Below are positions 38,859-53,100 of a stretch of DNA of 64,000 nt, piece after piece (positions within the stretch are counted from its first letter, which is position 1; each line of letters starts with the position of its first letter). The DNA comes from Malacoraja senta. Its lineage: Eukaryota. Both the position numbers and the translations under genes were made by a program. The notes beneath the pieces were generated by a model. It was not told where the DNA came from. It saw only the letters and a program-made list of their open reading frames with translations, and searched no databases. The DNA is taken from contig CM075992.1 of NCBI GenBank assembly GCA_038087875.1, positions 4,900,001 through 4,964,000 of the forward strand. The letters are read 5' to 3'.

Positions 38859-40933
38859 TTTTTAATTTTCTTTGCGAAGTTAGCAAGATGTCATCTTGAA
38901 CCAATGCACTCTTGCTCAATGCTCTTTACTGCGTAGACTCCAGATTTGGACCAAGCAATGAGAGATCAATAATATCGGGTCTGAAAAAGGGTCTTGACCC
39001 GAAACGTCATCAATTCCTTTACTCTATTGATGCTGCCTGACCTGCTGAGTTACTCCAGCATTTTGTGTCCATCTTCAGTAATATCAACACTTGCTTCAGC
39101 TGATGCCTCAGACCAAGCACATTTGCATGGGGAGTATTATCTTTAGTTCTTGTTAGCCCTTATTGATGAACAGAGAAAGTAGGTTTGACCCAAAGGGAGC
39201 AGACGGGAAGCTGCACTCAGTTAACCATGAGGAATTAAAATTGGGAGACCACAGAACAAAACAGTAAAAAAAAGCGCAAGTCACCTCGGAGGAAGAATTA
39301 CTGCTCTTCCCCCATTAGATATTAGCAGTGGGAGAGTCTAGAACTAGAGGGCACTGCCACAGAATAAAGGACACACCTTTTGAAAGACGAGGAGGAATTT
39401 TAGTCAGAGGGTGGTGAATCTGTGGAATTCATGGCCACTGATGGCTGTGGAGGCCAAGACATTCTGCATTTTTAAAGCGGAGATGGACAGATTCTTGATG
39501 AGAACAGGTCCCAGGGGTTATGGGGAGAAGGCAGGAGAATGGGGTTGAGAGGGAGAGATAGATCAGCCATGATTGAATAACAGAGAAGGCTTGATGGGCC
39601 AAAGGCCTGTTTCTGCCCCTATGACTTGAATTTATGAGCTTAAGGCGACTAGGAACATCAATTCAGGAAGATAGTCATTGCAAAAAAAAAAGTTGCGTGC
39701 AATGTTGATAAAGCTTGACAAATGGTTGCAGCATGGGCAATGTTTCACAAGTGAACCACCAACATTCATTATGGGGAACTCCCAAACTTGATGTTGCACT
39801 GTGAGCACTGCCTATAAAACTCATCATCTGGTCACAACCAAGTGCTTAGGAAGGAACTGTAGTTGCTGGTTTATATCAAAGTTAGACACAAAAAGCTGGA
39901 GAAACTCAGCAGGACAGGCAGCATCTCTGGATAGAAGGAACGGGTGACATTTTGGGTAGAGACCCTTCTTGAGCCCCAAGCTCGGACTGGATGACTGTTT
40001 CTCTGAACACCTCCGCTCAGTCTGTCTAAACCTACCTGATCTCCGCATTGCTAAACACTTTAACTTCCCCCTCCCATTCCCACACTGATCTTTCTGCTCT
40101 TGACTTCTCAAACTTCAAGTAACCATGGCTTTCCCCACTCTCTTCATCCTTCCCCTCTCCAGTCTGGCTGGCCCCTTTATTACATTTTATCTCCGTATGC
40201 TTCATTGTCACCTTCTCCTAGCTAACAATGATCTATTCCATAGTCTTTGATCTCCATCCCCTTTGATGTCTCATTTTCACACCTAACACTTCCTTATCTT
40301 TGTCTCCCTCTCCCATGACAATCTGAAGAGGGATCTCAACCTGAAACATCACCCATTGCTTCAATTCAAAGATGCTGCCTGTCCCGCTGTGTTACTACCA
40401 AGTTCTGTTGGAAACTCTGCACTTTCAGGGTCAGTCTCAGTATAAAAGCAGAGAACAATAGTCAGCCAATCTTGCACACAGCTTGATTGCAATCATGTAT
40501 TAATTTTGATGACAGGATAGCATACAAAAGAGCTTTTCACTGTACCTCTGTACACACGACAAACACACACACACGTCTTTGGAGTGTGGGAGGAAACTGG
40601 AGCACTCTGAGAAAACCCACATAGGTGACGGAGAGAATGTACAAACTCCATACAGACACCACCCATAATCAGCATCTCTGGCACTGTAAGGCAGCAACTC
40701 TATCGCTGTGCCACTGTGCCACTCTATATTCTGATAATTCTCTTCTGCACAATTTGTGATCATACTTCATGGCAATGCAAGATAGTGCAAGTCAATGGGA
40801 TTGCCCTTCAATGGAGACCAAATTAATCTCACAAGGCAATTCCACCCTCTGGGCAGTGAATTCCAGTTCATGCCAATACGTCATGTCTTGAAAGTAAAGC
40901 CACATGCAGACATATCATCTCTTTCAATTGTGT

Positions 40934-40939
40934 TTTATT
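40934..40939 (-). terminator. PRDX1: PRDX1 polyadenylation signal AATAAA
   Basis: TTTATT on the plus strand about 130 nt past the stop codon, giving a short 3' UTR. Confidence 0.75.
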
Positions 40940-41070
40940 CTGGTGCAGTACAAAACATTTACAAGTTTGCCTGGACAAACACCAAATTGATCCTGGGAGA
41001 TATTTTTTCTTTTTCACATTTTACAAAAAGACAACATTCAGTGCTCAGATCTGGTCCCAAGTGAAGAAGA

Positions 41071-41156
41071 CTAGTTCTGTTTCTCAAAGTATTTCTTGCT
41101 GTCGTGTACATCAGGCTTGATGGTGTCACTACCGGGCTTCCAGCCTGCCGGGCAAA
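41071..41156 (-). CDS. PRDX1: PRDX1 last coding exon with resolving Cys173 ([28 protein letters not shown])
   Basis: 86 nt; acceptor TTCTCTCCCAG; TAG stop at 41073-41071; YF motif retained (Y194/F195). Confidence 0.96.
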
Positions 41157-44100
41157 CTGGGAGAGAATGTGGACATTAGGTTAATAACACTAGGAAAAGC
41201 GCTCACAATGAACTGCTCAGGCGAAGGGCAAGATCAAGACAGTAGCAGCCCCCAATTAACCGAAGGTTGAGATTTCGTCACCTTGACATCTCTGGCCTGT
41301 GTCTAACCACCCACCCATCCAAACAACCCTCACCTGTATCCACCCATCACTTCCCAGCCTTTGTCCTGGCCCCTTCCAGATTTCTTCCTCTCCCACCATC
41401 TGTGTGAAGAATCCTGACCCAAATTATCACCCATCCATGTTCTCCAGAGATGCTGCCTGATCTGCTGAGTTACTCCAGCACTTTGCATCACTCCTCCCAC
41501 CACCCCGTCTCCACAATAGCACATTGGCCAAGGTCCATATTTCCAGGAGCTCCTTTGGTCACAAGGTCTTGAGGAATAAGCGTAGAATTGGGCCATTCAG
41601 CTCATCAAGTCTACTCCGCCACTCAATCATGGCTGATTTATCTCTCCCTCCTAACCCCATTCTCCTGCCTTCTCCCCATAACCTCCGACATCAGCACTTT
41701 GGTGGTCATCTAGATCCAAGGAACTGTCGAGTCTTGGGAATCGCTGGACGCTTGGGATAATAAGTATTTATATGAACTTGGAGGCACAAGATCAATCTAA
41801 TCAGAGTGCCCAAATAGGCTGAAGTAGGTTCAAGGTACAATGCTGGCTCAGAAACTAGCTTGTGAACAGCATGTACTAGACAGGTAGGGTTGTCACTGAA
41901 GCAAAGAATAGCAAATATGGACAGTTCCCAGGTTACATCAAGGCCACTGTTCTTGACAACAGCAAGCAGATATTTCTGCAAGTCAGATGAGAATTTTCTG
42001 TAGTACTCATATTGTATTGTTCTACGGTAGACAATACGATTTTCCAGCCTCTGCAGTTCCTTCTTAAACATTGTATTGTACTACAATTCTTTGATTAAAG
42101 AAGCACCCTAATTTTTAGTTTAGATATACAGCGCAAAAACAAGCCCTTCAGCTCAGAGTCTGCATCGACCAGCCATCCCCGCACATTAACGCTATCCTAC
42201 ACACACTAGGGACAATTTACATTTATACCAAGCCAATTAACCTACAAACCTCGACGTCTTTGGAGTGTGGGAGGAAACTGAAGATCTCGGAGGAAATTCC
42301 TTGGTTATGAGGAGAATGTACAAACTCCCGTAGTCAGGATCGAACCTGGGTCTCTGGCGCTGTGAGACAGCAACTATACTGCTGCGCCACTGGCCACTAA
42401 TATTACCCATAAGTTAATGGAATATAAACTGCATCCAGCCATGAAAACCACAAAATTTTACTAGCTTGCTAAATGCATGGGAGGATTTCTGCAAAGTCAG
42501 ATTGCCACAAGTCAGGATATTAACGACCCTGTGAGCCACTGCACTAAAGCCACATTTGTAATCGCCCCACTGCGTTTCATTACCTTCTCCGTGTTTGTCC
42601 GTGAATTGGTAGGCTTGCACCAGCCTTAGGGTCTCGTCCACAGATCGACCTACTGGAAGGTCATTGATGGTGATCTGACGCAGGATTCCTTTCTCATCAA
42701 TAATGAAGAGACCTCTTCAATGCAAAAGAATCAAGAGTTAATCGTCCAGTGGATTCAGGGGATCAGAATACATTGTGGAATGAAAACACGTTGAAACATC
42801 TGGCTGAAGAAGGGTCTCCACCCGAAACGGAACTCATTCCTCATCTCCAAAGATGCTGCCTGTCCCACTGAGTTACTCCAGCTTTGTGTCCATCTTCAGT
42901 TTAAACCAGCATCTGTAGTTCCTTCCTACACAAGCCTGCCTTTAAGGGCCTGTCCCACTTACGCAACTTTATCGGCAACTGCTGGCACCTGTCACAGGTC
43001 AGCGAAAATTTTCAACATGTTGAAAATTCAGCGGCGACCAGAAAGACGCTACGACTCTTTGGGTGACTGAGCAGACGACTCACGACCATACAGGCAACAC
43101 CCTGGAGACATGTCGCGGGGTGAAGCCTCTATGGTCGTGAGTAGTCACCCGAAGAGTCGTACCTTATTCTGGCCGCCATTGGATTTTCAAACATGTTGAA
43201 AAATTTCAGCAGCCTGCAACGACCTATGACGGGTACCGGCAGTCGCCGAAAAAGTTGCGCAAGTGGGACAGGCCCTTTACTCTGGCTTTGGAACTGTGCA
43301 GTGTGGCACAGCGGTGGAGCTGCAGCCACAGAGCCAGCTTGTGGGTTCATTCTCGGCGGGTGTGGTTGCCATGTTCTCCTGTGCCCATGCCTCCTTTAGG
43401 TGCACAGCTTTCCTCATGTCAACGAGATTAGGCTGGCACAGCATGTTCCCAGCAAGCAGAGCCAAGCTCTCCAGTGAACGGGGCCCCTGCCGAGAGAGAG
43501 AGGGGGCAGAGAGAGCTGTGAGACAGCGAGGAGGGCCATCGATACGCACTGTCCACGGGCGCCCTGGGGGATTTCCGGGCACCGCAAGGGGTGGTTCCTT
43601 GACAAGGATTGTAATAGCAGTATAATAGCATATTTAGTTTTAAGTATATAAGAATAGTATAGAAGAATAGATGTTTGGATAATTGGGTGATTTTGTATTA
43701 TGGTGGCAGGTTTGTTGGATATTGTATATATTATTGCAATAATCGATTCAATTTATTTTTGTTATTTTTGTTTTAAAAAAGGGTCACCGAGAACAAAGGT
43801 GGGGGGGGGGGGGGGGGAGAGACTATGCGGTGGGGTGGATGGAAGGCAGGCAGCAGATTAGACTGTTCAGTGAACTTTTGTCACTTAGTAAGCGCCAAAA
43901 TGTGGTGCCTCTTGCGTACTGCCCAGGTGAGGTCTGCTGCATTATTCTACCAGGTTGTCTTCAAAACAATGCATTTCACTGTACCTAGGCACACAAAGCC
44001 TATAAGGTACCACTGGGTCATTAATTAGCCAGTAAATTGCATCTAGGTTTAATGATTGGCAGGATCTGGGGGAATAAAATCAATCTAATGCAAATGGATG

Positions 44101-47100
44101 GACTCAAAATGCTGGAGTAACTCAGCGGATCAGGCAGCATCTCTGGAGAAAAGGAATAGGGGGAGACACTTCTTCAGACAGCGACCCGAAACGTCACCTA
44201 TTCCTTTTCTCCAGAGATGATGCCTGACCCGCTGAGTTACTCCAGTATTTTGTGTCTATCTTTGGTGTAATCCAGCATCTCTGGAGAGAAGGAATGGGCA
44301 ACATTTTGGGTCGAGACCCTTCTTCAGACAGCGCCATTTTGTGGCTACCTTCAATTTAAAACAGCATCTGTAGTTCTTCCTTACACATCTGCAGTTCCTT
44401 CCTCCACATTATGCAAGTGGATAATTGGTTGGCACAGACTGTTCCCTCCCACATGCCAAACACATAGTGAAGGCCAACTGAATTTTCCTGGTATGGGAGT
44501 GATATAATCTGGGAGATTTGATGGGAAATACAGGATGTGTAGGTGTAGGAAAATTAGATTACTGCGAACTGACAAACTCAATGTGCTAAATGCCCAATGT
44601 CATACGCAAATATGAAGTATTAGTCATTTTGATCAACTGAAAGATACAGCATGGAAACAGACCTATCAGCCCACTGATCATTGAATACCTTTCCACACTA
44701 GTTCTGTGTTATTCAACTGTCTCATCCACTTCCTACACACTAGGGGCAATTTTACAGTCAATTAACCCACAAGCCCACATGTTCGTGGGATATGGGAAAA
44801 AATCGGAGCACTCGGAGGAAACCCACGCAGACACGGGGAGAACATGCAAACTCCACATAGGCAGCTCCCAAGGTCAGGCTCGAACCCATTTGCAGAGGCC
44901 AATTAACTTACAAACCTGCATGTCTTTGGGATGTGGGAGGAAACCCACATGGCAGAGCTGCCAAGTTTTGTCAGAGCATTTCAGTATTCTAGTACCTGAA
45001 AATCAGTATTTTGCTGAGGAAATCAGTATTTTTACGCTGCGCCATCTTGCTGAAAAAAATGTTCTTTTTTATGTGCGGTCATACTCATGTAAGAGTACAA
45101 GAATGCACAACATTGCTACCAATTGGCATGTCTTCTATGCACCTTACTTGACAGCACATTCATTGCCATCTCTTTGTATACTTCTGTTTGAACGGCTGCT
45201 CCCTGCTTTTAGCACCACATGATGATGTAGAAGCCATTTTGGAAGCCTCCCTCTCCCTCCTTCCTTTTTTTTTTCCCTCCCCGAACAGTCTGACCCATAG
45301 CGCTGTGGCCATAGCGCTAAGTGTAAAGCCCCCCCAAAGCGCTATGTGTAAAGGCAATAGCGCTCCAGCTGGTAGTGCTATAATTAGAACCCATAGCGCT
45401 GTACGTTTAAATTCCCACGAGTTAAATTGACAGCGTTGTTTAAACCTGAAGCGGGACAGGCAGATCAAAGTGTACAAAAATAATCCAGATCTTGAAATTT
45501 AAAATACTAATAGCTTTAATCTGCTATAATTTTTAGTGTTACAGTATGACTTTTTTATATCCTTGCATTTTTTAAGCAGCAAGATGAAACAGGAAGTCAG
45601 GCTGATTTAAAAAAAATCCGTATTTTACAAAGCAAATCCGTACATCCGTATTCTTATCGCATTTCCGTACAAAATACGGAAAATCCGTACTACTTGGCAG
45701 CTCTGACATGGTCACAGGAAGAATGCAGCAGGACCTTTATAAAGGCAGGATTAAAACTAGAATGTCTAGTACTGAGGCAGAGGCTCTAATAGTGCACCAC
45801 TAATCTAGTCCAGTGAAGGTGGCCAAACCTTCAGGCTCAGTTAATGACCAGGGATTGGTTCAAATTGTTGAATGTGTCCATGGTGAACTTTTTGTAACTT
45901 TGGCAGTGCCAGAAACAGGGCACACTTGTGTACTGCCCAGGTGAGGTCTGCTGTATGATTTTACCGGGTTGTATGCAATGCATGGATAGAGTGGATGCGG
46001 AGAGGATGTTTCCATTAGTGGGTGAGTGCAGCACCAGAGGTCTTAGCATCAGAATTAAAGGATGTTCCTTTAGGAAGGAGACAAGGAGGAGGGAACCAAG
46101 TGTAATATATCAAAATTTGCGGACGATACAAAAATGGGAGGAAAAGTAGGGGATGAGGAGGATAGGAAGAGTCTGCAAAAGGATATAGATAAGCTAGGTG
46201 AGTGGGCAACAACTTGCCAGATGAAATTTAATACTAATAAATGTGAAGTCATTCACTTTGGGAAAAAAAATGATAGGGCAAGTTATTTTCTAAATGAGGT
46301 GGAGCTGCGTTGCAATGCAACGCAAAGGGATCTAGGGGTAGTAGTACATGAATCACTAAAAGTTAGTATGCAGGTGCAGCAAGCAATCAGGAAGGCCAAT
46401 GGAGTTTTGGCCTTTATTGCTAGGGGGATTGAGTATAAAAACACGGAGGTCTTGCTGCAGCTGTACACAGTATTAGTGAGACCACATTTGGAATACTGTG
46501 TACAGTTCTGGGGTCCATTCTTAAGAAAGGATGTACTGGCCCTGGAGGCAGTGCAGCGAAGGTTTACAAGATTAATTCCTGCAATGAGGGGATTGACATA
46601 TGAGGAAAGGTTAAGTAGGCTGGAACTCTACTCTTTGGAGTTTAGAAGAATGAGAGGCGATCTCATTGAAACATATAAGATCGTGAGGGGCCTTGATCGG
46701 GTGGATGCACCGAGGATGTTCCCAATGATTGGGGAAACTAGAACTAGGGGACATAGTTGTAGAATAAGAGGGGGCTCTTTTAAAACTGAGATGAGGAAGA
46801 ACTTCTTCACCCAGAGGGTGGTTAATTTATGGAATTCACTGCCCCAGGGAGCAGTGGAAGCAGAAACATTAAATATATTTAAGTCTAAAATAGATGGTTT
46901 TTTAGCTGCCAAGGGGATAAGGGGCTACGGGGAGAGGGCAGGGATATGGACCTAGGTATGGTTAGTATAGTAAGACCTGAGTGATCTCCTGGACAAGTGT
47001 CGATCGCCTGGATTGGGGTCGGAGAGGAATTTCCCGGATTTTTTTCCCGAATTGGACCTGGGTTTTTATCCGGTTTTTTGCCTCCCCCAGGAGATCACGC

Positions 47101-50100
47101 GGTTCTTGGGGTGGAGAGGGGTGATAGCAATATAAAGGGGAGGGTAGTGTCTTGTGTCTACTGTTTGTGGGTAAGGGTGTCTGTTTAGTGTTCAGCCATG
47201 AGCGAATGGCGGTGCGGGCTCGATGGGCCTGGTGGTCTACTCTCGCACCTACTTTCTATGTTTCTATGTTTCTAGATGAGGGTGGTGAATCTAAGGAATG
47301 CATTGCCACAGAAGGCTGTGGAGGCCAAGTCAATAGATATTTTTTTTACTTCAGAGATAGATAGATTCTTGATTAATACAGGTGTCAGGAGTTATGGGGA
47401 GAAGGCAGGAGAATGGGGTTAGGAGGGAAAGATAGATCAGCCATGATTGAATGGCAGAGTAGACTTGATGGGCTGAATGGCCTAATTCTGCTCCTATCAC
47501 TTATGAATGCAAAGCATTTTACTGTACGTTGATAAATGTGGCAACAAAGTATCACAGAAGCATTGGGAAGGACCGGTATCTGACCCAAGCTTCGTTTACA
47601 CCGACCTGTACGAAATGCCTTCATCTTCCTTTAGAATGCCATAGTCTTTGGAGATGGAATGCGTCAGGTCGGCCACCAGTGGAACCTTCATGTGGCCAAT
47701 GCCACCCTGTTTCCGAGGTGTGTTGATCCTGAAAACACATGGAGACAAGAGCTTTGAAAACGCATGAATATCCAGGGTAGAGATGTGCAAACCCATGCAA
47801 AAACTCCATACAGGCAGCACCCATGGTTAGGATCGAACCTGGGTCTCTGGCGCTGTAAGGCAGCAACGTTACTGCTGCACCACCTTGCACCCCCCCTCCC
47901 CTTCAGGTTGTGTCCCTTCTTCAGCATGCAGCATAGGGTCCACTCTGACCTTCGAGTTCCCATTCTTGCATGATCCTATCCCAACTCAGTTTATTGCCTC
48001 TATATTCCCCATGAATTGCCACCTGCTGATTTTCTATCTCAATGCAACTGGGGACAATTTAAGGATCCATTAATCTACTAACCCAGGCAGAAACAGAAGC
48101 CCATGTGGTCACAGGAAGAATGTGCAAACTCCACTGACAGCAGAGGTCAGGATTGAACATGTGTAGCTGGAGCTATAGGGGGCAGCAGCTCTACAAGCCG
48201 CATCAACCAGTAGTATACCTGCTGCCAGAGAAATGCAATATTGTAGAGCATCTAGTTCAACAAATGAAAAAGCAACTCAAAGACCTTAGGCCTGGTTCTG
48301 TTTTGGAAGCATCTTATGAAGTTCAGCTTCCACGGGCCAGGAGCCTCTTTACCCATGAACACAATTGAAAGCCCGGGGTAGAATTGAAAGCTGGGCGGCA
48401 TGGTGGCACAGCGGTAGAGTTGCTGCCTTACAGCGCCTGAGACCCGGGTTCGATCTTAACCATGGGCGCTGCCTGTATGGAGTTCATACGTTCTCCTTGT
48501 GACTGCGCAAATTTTCTCTGGGTGCTCTGTGTTCCTCACATACTCCTAAGATGAACAGGTTCGTAGGTTCATCGACTTGGTATAATTGTAAATTGTCCCT
48601 AGTGTGTTAATGTGCGGGGATCGCTGGTCGTCACGGACCCGGTGGGCCGAAGGGCCTGTTTCTGCGCTGTGTCTCTAATCTAAATAAAATAAACACGTAG
48701 TGAATTGGTTTACCGATTTCCAGCCTTTCACCCAAACCATTGTGTTCAGTGTTTAACGAGTCAAAAGGTTAGCCCCAAGTTCAAGCGTACACTCAAACAC
48801 AGCATCAAAGCAGAGGAAGACTTACCAGGCTAAGTGACTGAAGTGAGAGTCTGTTGAGGCACCAATAACTTCACAGTTGATCTTGCGAAACTCATCCGCC
48901 CGGTCACTAAATGCGATGATCTCCGTCGGGCAGACGAAGGTGAAATCCAGTGGATAGAAGAAGATCACAACATACTTTCCTGGATTGCAGAAGAGAGAGA
49001 GAGAGTTAACATTACACACTATTTCTCAATCTGGCTTTGGGTATTGATTAGTGTGCAAACAAATCTGCAAGTTAAGTCCAATGCTGGAGAAACTCAGCGG
49101 GTGAGGCAGCAACTATGGAGCGAAGGAATAGGCGACATTTCGGGTCGAGACCCTTCTTCAGAATGTCCCAACCTCTGTTGACTTCTGAATGGAGTTAGCA
49201 CAAACCACATCTGCACAGGTGATAGAATCTGGGGGTGCGGGGGAGGGGGGAGGTGGAGTACCAGGGACATAAGGAACTGCAGAGGCTTGAGTTTAGTTTA
49301 GAGATAGTGTGGAAATAAGCCCTTCAGCCCACCAAGTCCATACCGACCATGATCACCCGTCACTTCCCTACCATTCCTTGACCTCACTATCTCCATCGCA
49401 GGTGATAGACTTCTTACCGACATCCATTACAAACCTACCAACTCCCATGGCTATCTGGACTACACTTCTTCCCACCCTGCTTCCTGTAAGGACTCCATCC
49501 CCCACTCCCAATTCCTCAGTTTACACCGCATCTGCTCCCAGGATGAGGCGTTCCACACCAGGGCATCCGAAATGTCCTCATTCTTCAGGGAACGGGGTTT
49601 CCCCTCCTCCACTATAGATGAGGCTCGCACCAGGGTCTCTGCCATACCCCGCAACACTGCTCTCTCCCCATCCCCCCACTCACAACAAGGGCAGAGTCCC
49701 CCTAGTCCTCACCTTTCACCCCACCAGCCATCACATACAACAAGTGATCCTCCGTCAGTTTCGCCACCTCCAACGTGACCCCACCACTCGCCACATCTTC
49801 CCATCTCCCCCCCATGTCTGCCTTCCGCAAAGACCGCTCCCTCCGTAACTCCCTTGTCAATTCTTCCCTTCCCTCCCGTACCACCCCCTCCCTGGGTATT
49901 TTCCCTTGCAACCGCAAGAGATGCAACACTTGTCCCTTCACCTCCCCCCTCAACTCCATTCAAGGACCTAAGCCGTCGTTCCAGGCGCGACAGAGGTTCA
50001 CCTGCATCTCCTCCAACCTCATCTATTGCATCTGCTTCTCTAGATGTCAGCTGATCTACATCGGTGAGACCAAGTGGAGGCTTGGCGATCGTTTCGCCGA

Positions 50101-53100
50101 ACACCTCCGCTCGGTCCGCATTAACCAACCTGACCTCCCGGTGGCTCAGCACTTCAACTCCCCCTCCCATTCCGTATCTGACCTCTCTGTCCTGGGTCTC
50201 CTCCATGGCCACAGCGAGCAACACCGGAAATTGGAGGAAATGCACCTCATATTCCGCTTGGGCAGTCTACATCCTGGGGGCTTGAACATTGAATTCTCCC
50301 AATTCTGCTAGCCCTTGCTGTCCCCTCCCCTTCATCAGCCCTCTGGTTGTCTCCTCCCCTCCCCCAGCCCTCGGGCTCCTCCTGCGCCTTTTTTCCTTTC
50401 TTCTCCCCACCCCCTAACAGTCTGAAGAAGGGTTTCGGCCCAAAACATTGCTATTTCCTTCGCTCCATAGATGCTGCTGCACCCGCTGAGTTTCTCCAGC
50501 TTTTTTGTGTACCTTCACCCATACACTAGTTCTATCTGAGGCACTAGGGACAATTTACGGAAGCCAATTAACCTACACACCTGCACATCTTTGGAATGTG
50601 GGGGAAAACCGAAGCACTCGGGGGGAACGTACAAACTATCCACGGATAATACCCATAGTCAGGTTCTCTTGCACTGTAAGGCAGCAACTCTACTGCTGTG
50701 CCATTGTGCTGTCCATTCTCGAGTGGGGATAAGTGTGGGTGCAACTCAGCAGCCCAGATTAGCATCGTTGTCCCTAACGGGTTGTCACTGAACTCAAAGA
50801 AAAAACATGTCATTGGACTTAGATGCACTGATACTTTCTATGTAAAATCCAAAGATCTTCACTGTACCTAGTGAGGACAATAAATATCATCATCATCACA
50901 ACCAGGCAGAATTGGAGGATAGATAGTCAATGCTTCAGGTCAAGACCCTTCTTCTGAAATGCATCACCTCACTCCAGGGAAAGTGGTCCCAGCTTACAAT
51001 CTCCTTGTAACACGAGCCCTCCGGTCTCAGTAATATACTTGTGAATCTTTTCCATGCCTCCTCTCATCACATCTGACTAGGACTGTGCACAATATTCCAG
51101 ACAATGTCATTATCTGTCTATTCCCTGCTATGATGTTGCCCGACCTGCCGAACCCCTCCAGCACTCTGTGAAGAGTAGAGGGGAGCGTGCAGAGAATGAA
51201 TGGTAGTGGAACTGTGTGCATGGCAGGCAGACTGGGTGGGCCAGCAAGCCTGCTTTGAATGGCACGCATGTGCCTACAAATAGGCTGACATCCTGCCACA
51301 ACTTCCTTTAAAATGGAGGATTCACTTCTCTTAAAAGATAAAAGCAAAACTATTCATAGTTGACTCACTGTCCTGCATGTTTCTCAATAGGCCGCTTAAA
51401 CAAAGTCAGCATGACTGTGCAGGGAAAATCAAGGCACATGAACTGATTTGAGGTTTTGAAGAGGATTTACAAAGCAGTAGATGACATCTCCTTAGAGGCT
51501 TTTAACACAGTCTCGCCAAGTAGACACAAAAGGGCTTGGTTTTGGTGGAAAGAGTATGGTCGCGGAGGTTGGTTTTTTCAGATCAGCAGCCTGTGGCCAG
51601 TGGGATCAGCATTGGGGCCACTGTTATTCCTATGTCATGTGGATGAGAATTTAGATGGCACAAAGAGCAAGTGTGCAGTTGACCAAAGTGGTGGCATGAT
51701 AGAGGCAGTGAAGAAGGTTGTCCAAGGTTACAACTGATCCAAATCAAAAGGGAAATTGGGCCAAGAATGGCGAAGAAAAAACCCAATGTTGGCAAGTGTG
51801 AAGTGATGCGTTTTGTAAACTTAATATCAGGGTGGGACATTTGCAAATAGCAGGGCCCAGGCAAGTGTTGCAGAATAAAGCTGTAGGGTCTTGTGCATAG
51901 GGGCTCCCTGAAAATGTGGACAAGGCAATGAAGGCATGGAGATGCTTGCCACCAAAGGGACAAGGCATGTGGTACAAGAGATGGGACATCGCTGTAATGC
52001 TGTACAAGACATTGCTGTGATCGCACCTGGAATATTGTGTACAGTTCTAGTCACAAGGCGTGGAAAAGATTCACAAGGATATTGCTGAGAGTGGAGGGCT
52101 CTAGTTACAAGGAGACAATATAGACTGGGACCATTTCCCCTGGAGCAGAGGATGGTCAGGACTGAACTTATAGAAAGTGTAATTATACTCCTTGTGATTT
52201 ATGCAAAATGGATTGCCGATCTTTTTCGCAGGGTCAGAGGCCAAAATAGGGGACATGGCTAAGGTCATAAGGAATAGGAGTAGAATTACGCCATTCAGCC
52301 CATCAAGTCTTCTCTGCTATTCAATCATGGCTGATCTATCTCTCCCTCCTAACCCCATTCCCCTGCCTTCTCCCCATAACCTGTGACACCCAAACTAATC
52401 AAGAATCTGTTAAGGTGAAAGTAGAAAGAGTTGAAGGGACCCAAGGAGCAGGTCTTTCCACCCCCAATCCCATCAGATAGTGGTGGGTACATGGACCACA
52501 CAGCAAATGGTAGAGTGGGTACAATTACAATGCATAAAGATATTTGGACAGGTACATGGACAGATATGAATGGTTTGGAGGGATAAAGGTCAAGCATGGG
52601 CAAATGGGACTAGCTCAGGGCGTTAGCTACAGATGAATTGGGCCAAATGCCCCACTTCCATGCTACAAAACCTGTACCTGTACCACCAGAACACATTGCA
52701 TCCCTAGGTGGGAAAGAGGACAGTACAGGACCAGCCCCTTTGGCCAGCAATGCCCATTGCAAACATGATGCTATGGTAAACTAATCTCCTCCGATCGCAC
52801 GCAATTCAAATCCCTCTATTCCTTGCATTTCCATGTGCCTATCCCAAAGCCTCTTAAATGCCACTCACACCTGCCTCCAGCACCTCTGGTAGTGGGTTCC
52901 AGTCATCCTTCACCCTCCAAAAAGAAACACCCCACATATCTTCATTAAACGTTTCCCCTCTCACCTTAAAACCACGCCTTCTAGTTTTTGAGATATCCAT
53001 ACAGTTGGGGGGGGGGGGGGGGGGGAGAAGGTTCTGACTGTTTACCGCATCTGTTCCTCCATTTACTACACCCCCATCACATCTCCCGACAGCCTCCAGT

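Noticed and set aside
48393..48470. tRNA gene (A and B boxes)
   Set aside because: It is the head of a SINE, continuing into the V-core and LINE-like tail; many degenerate copies exist.
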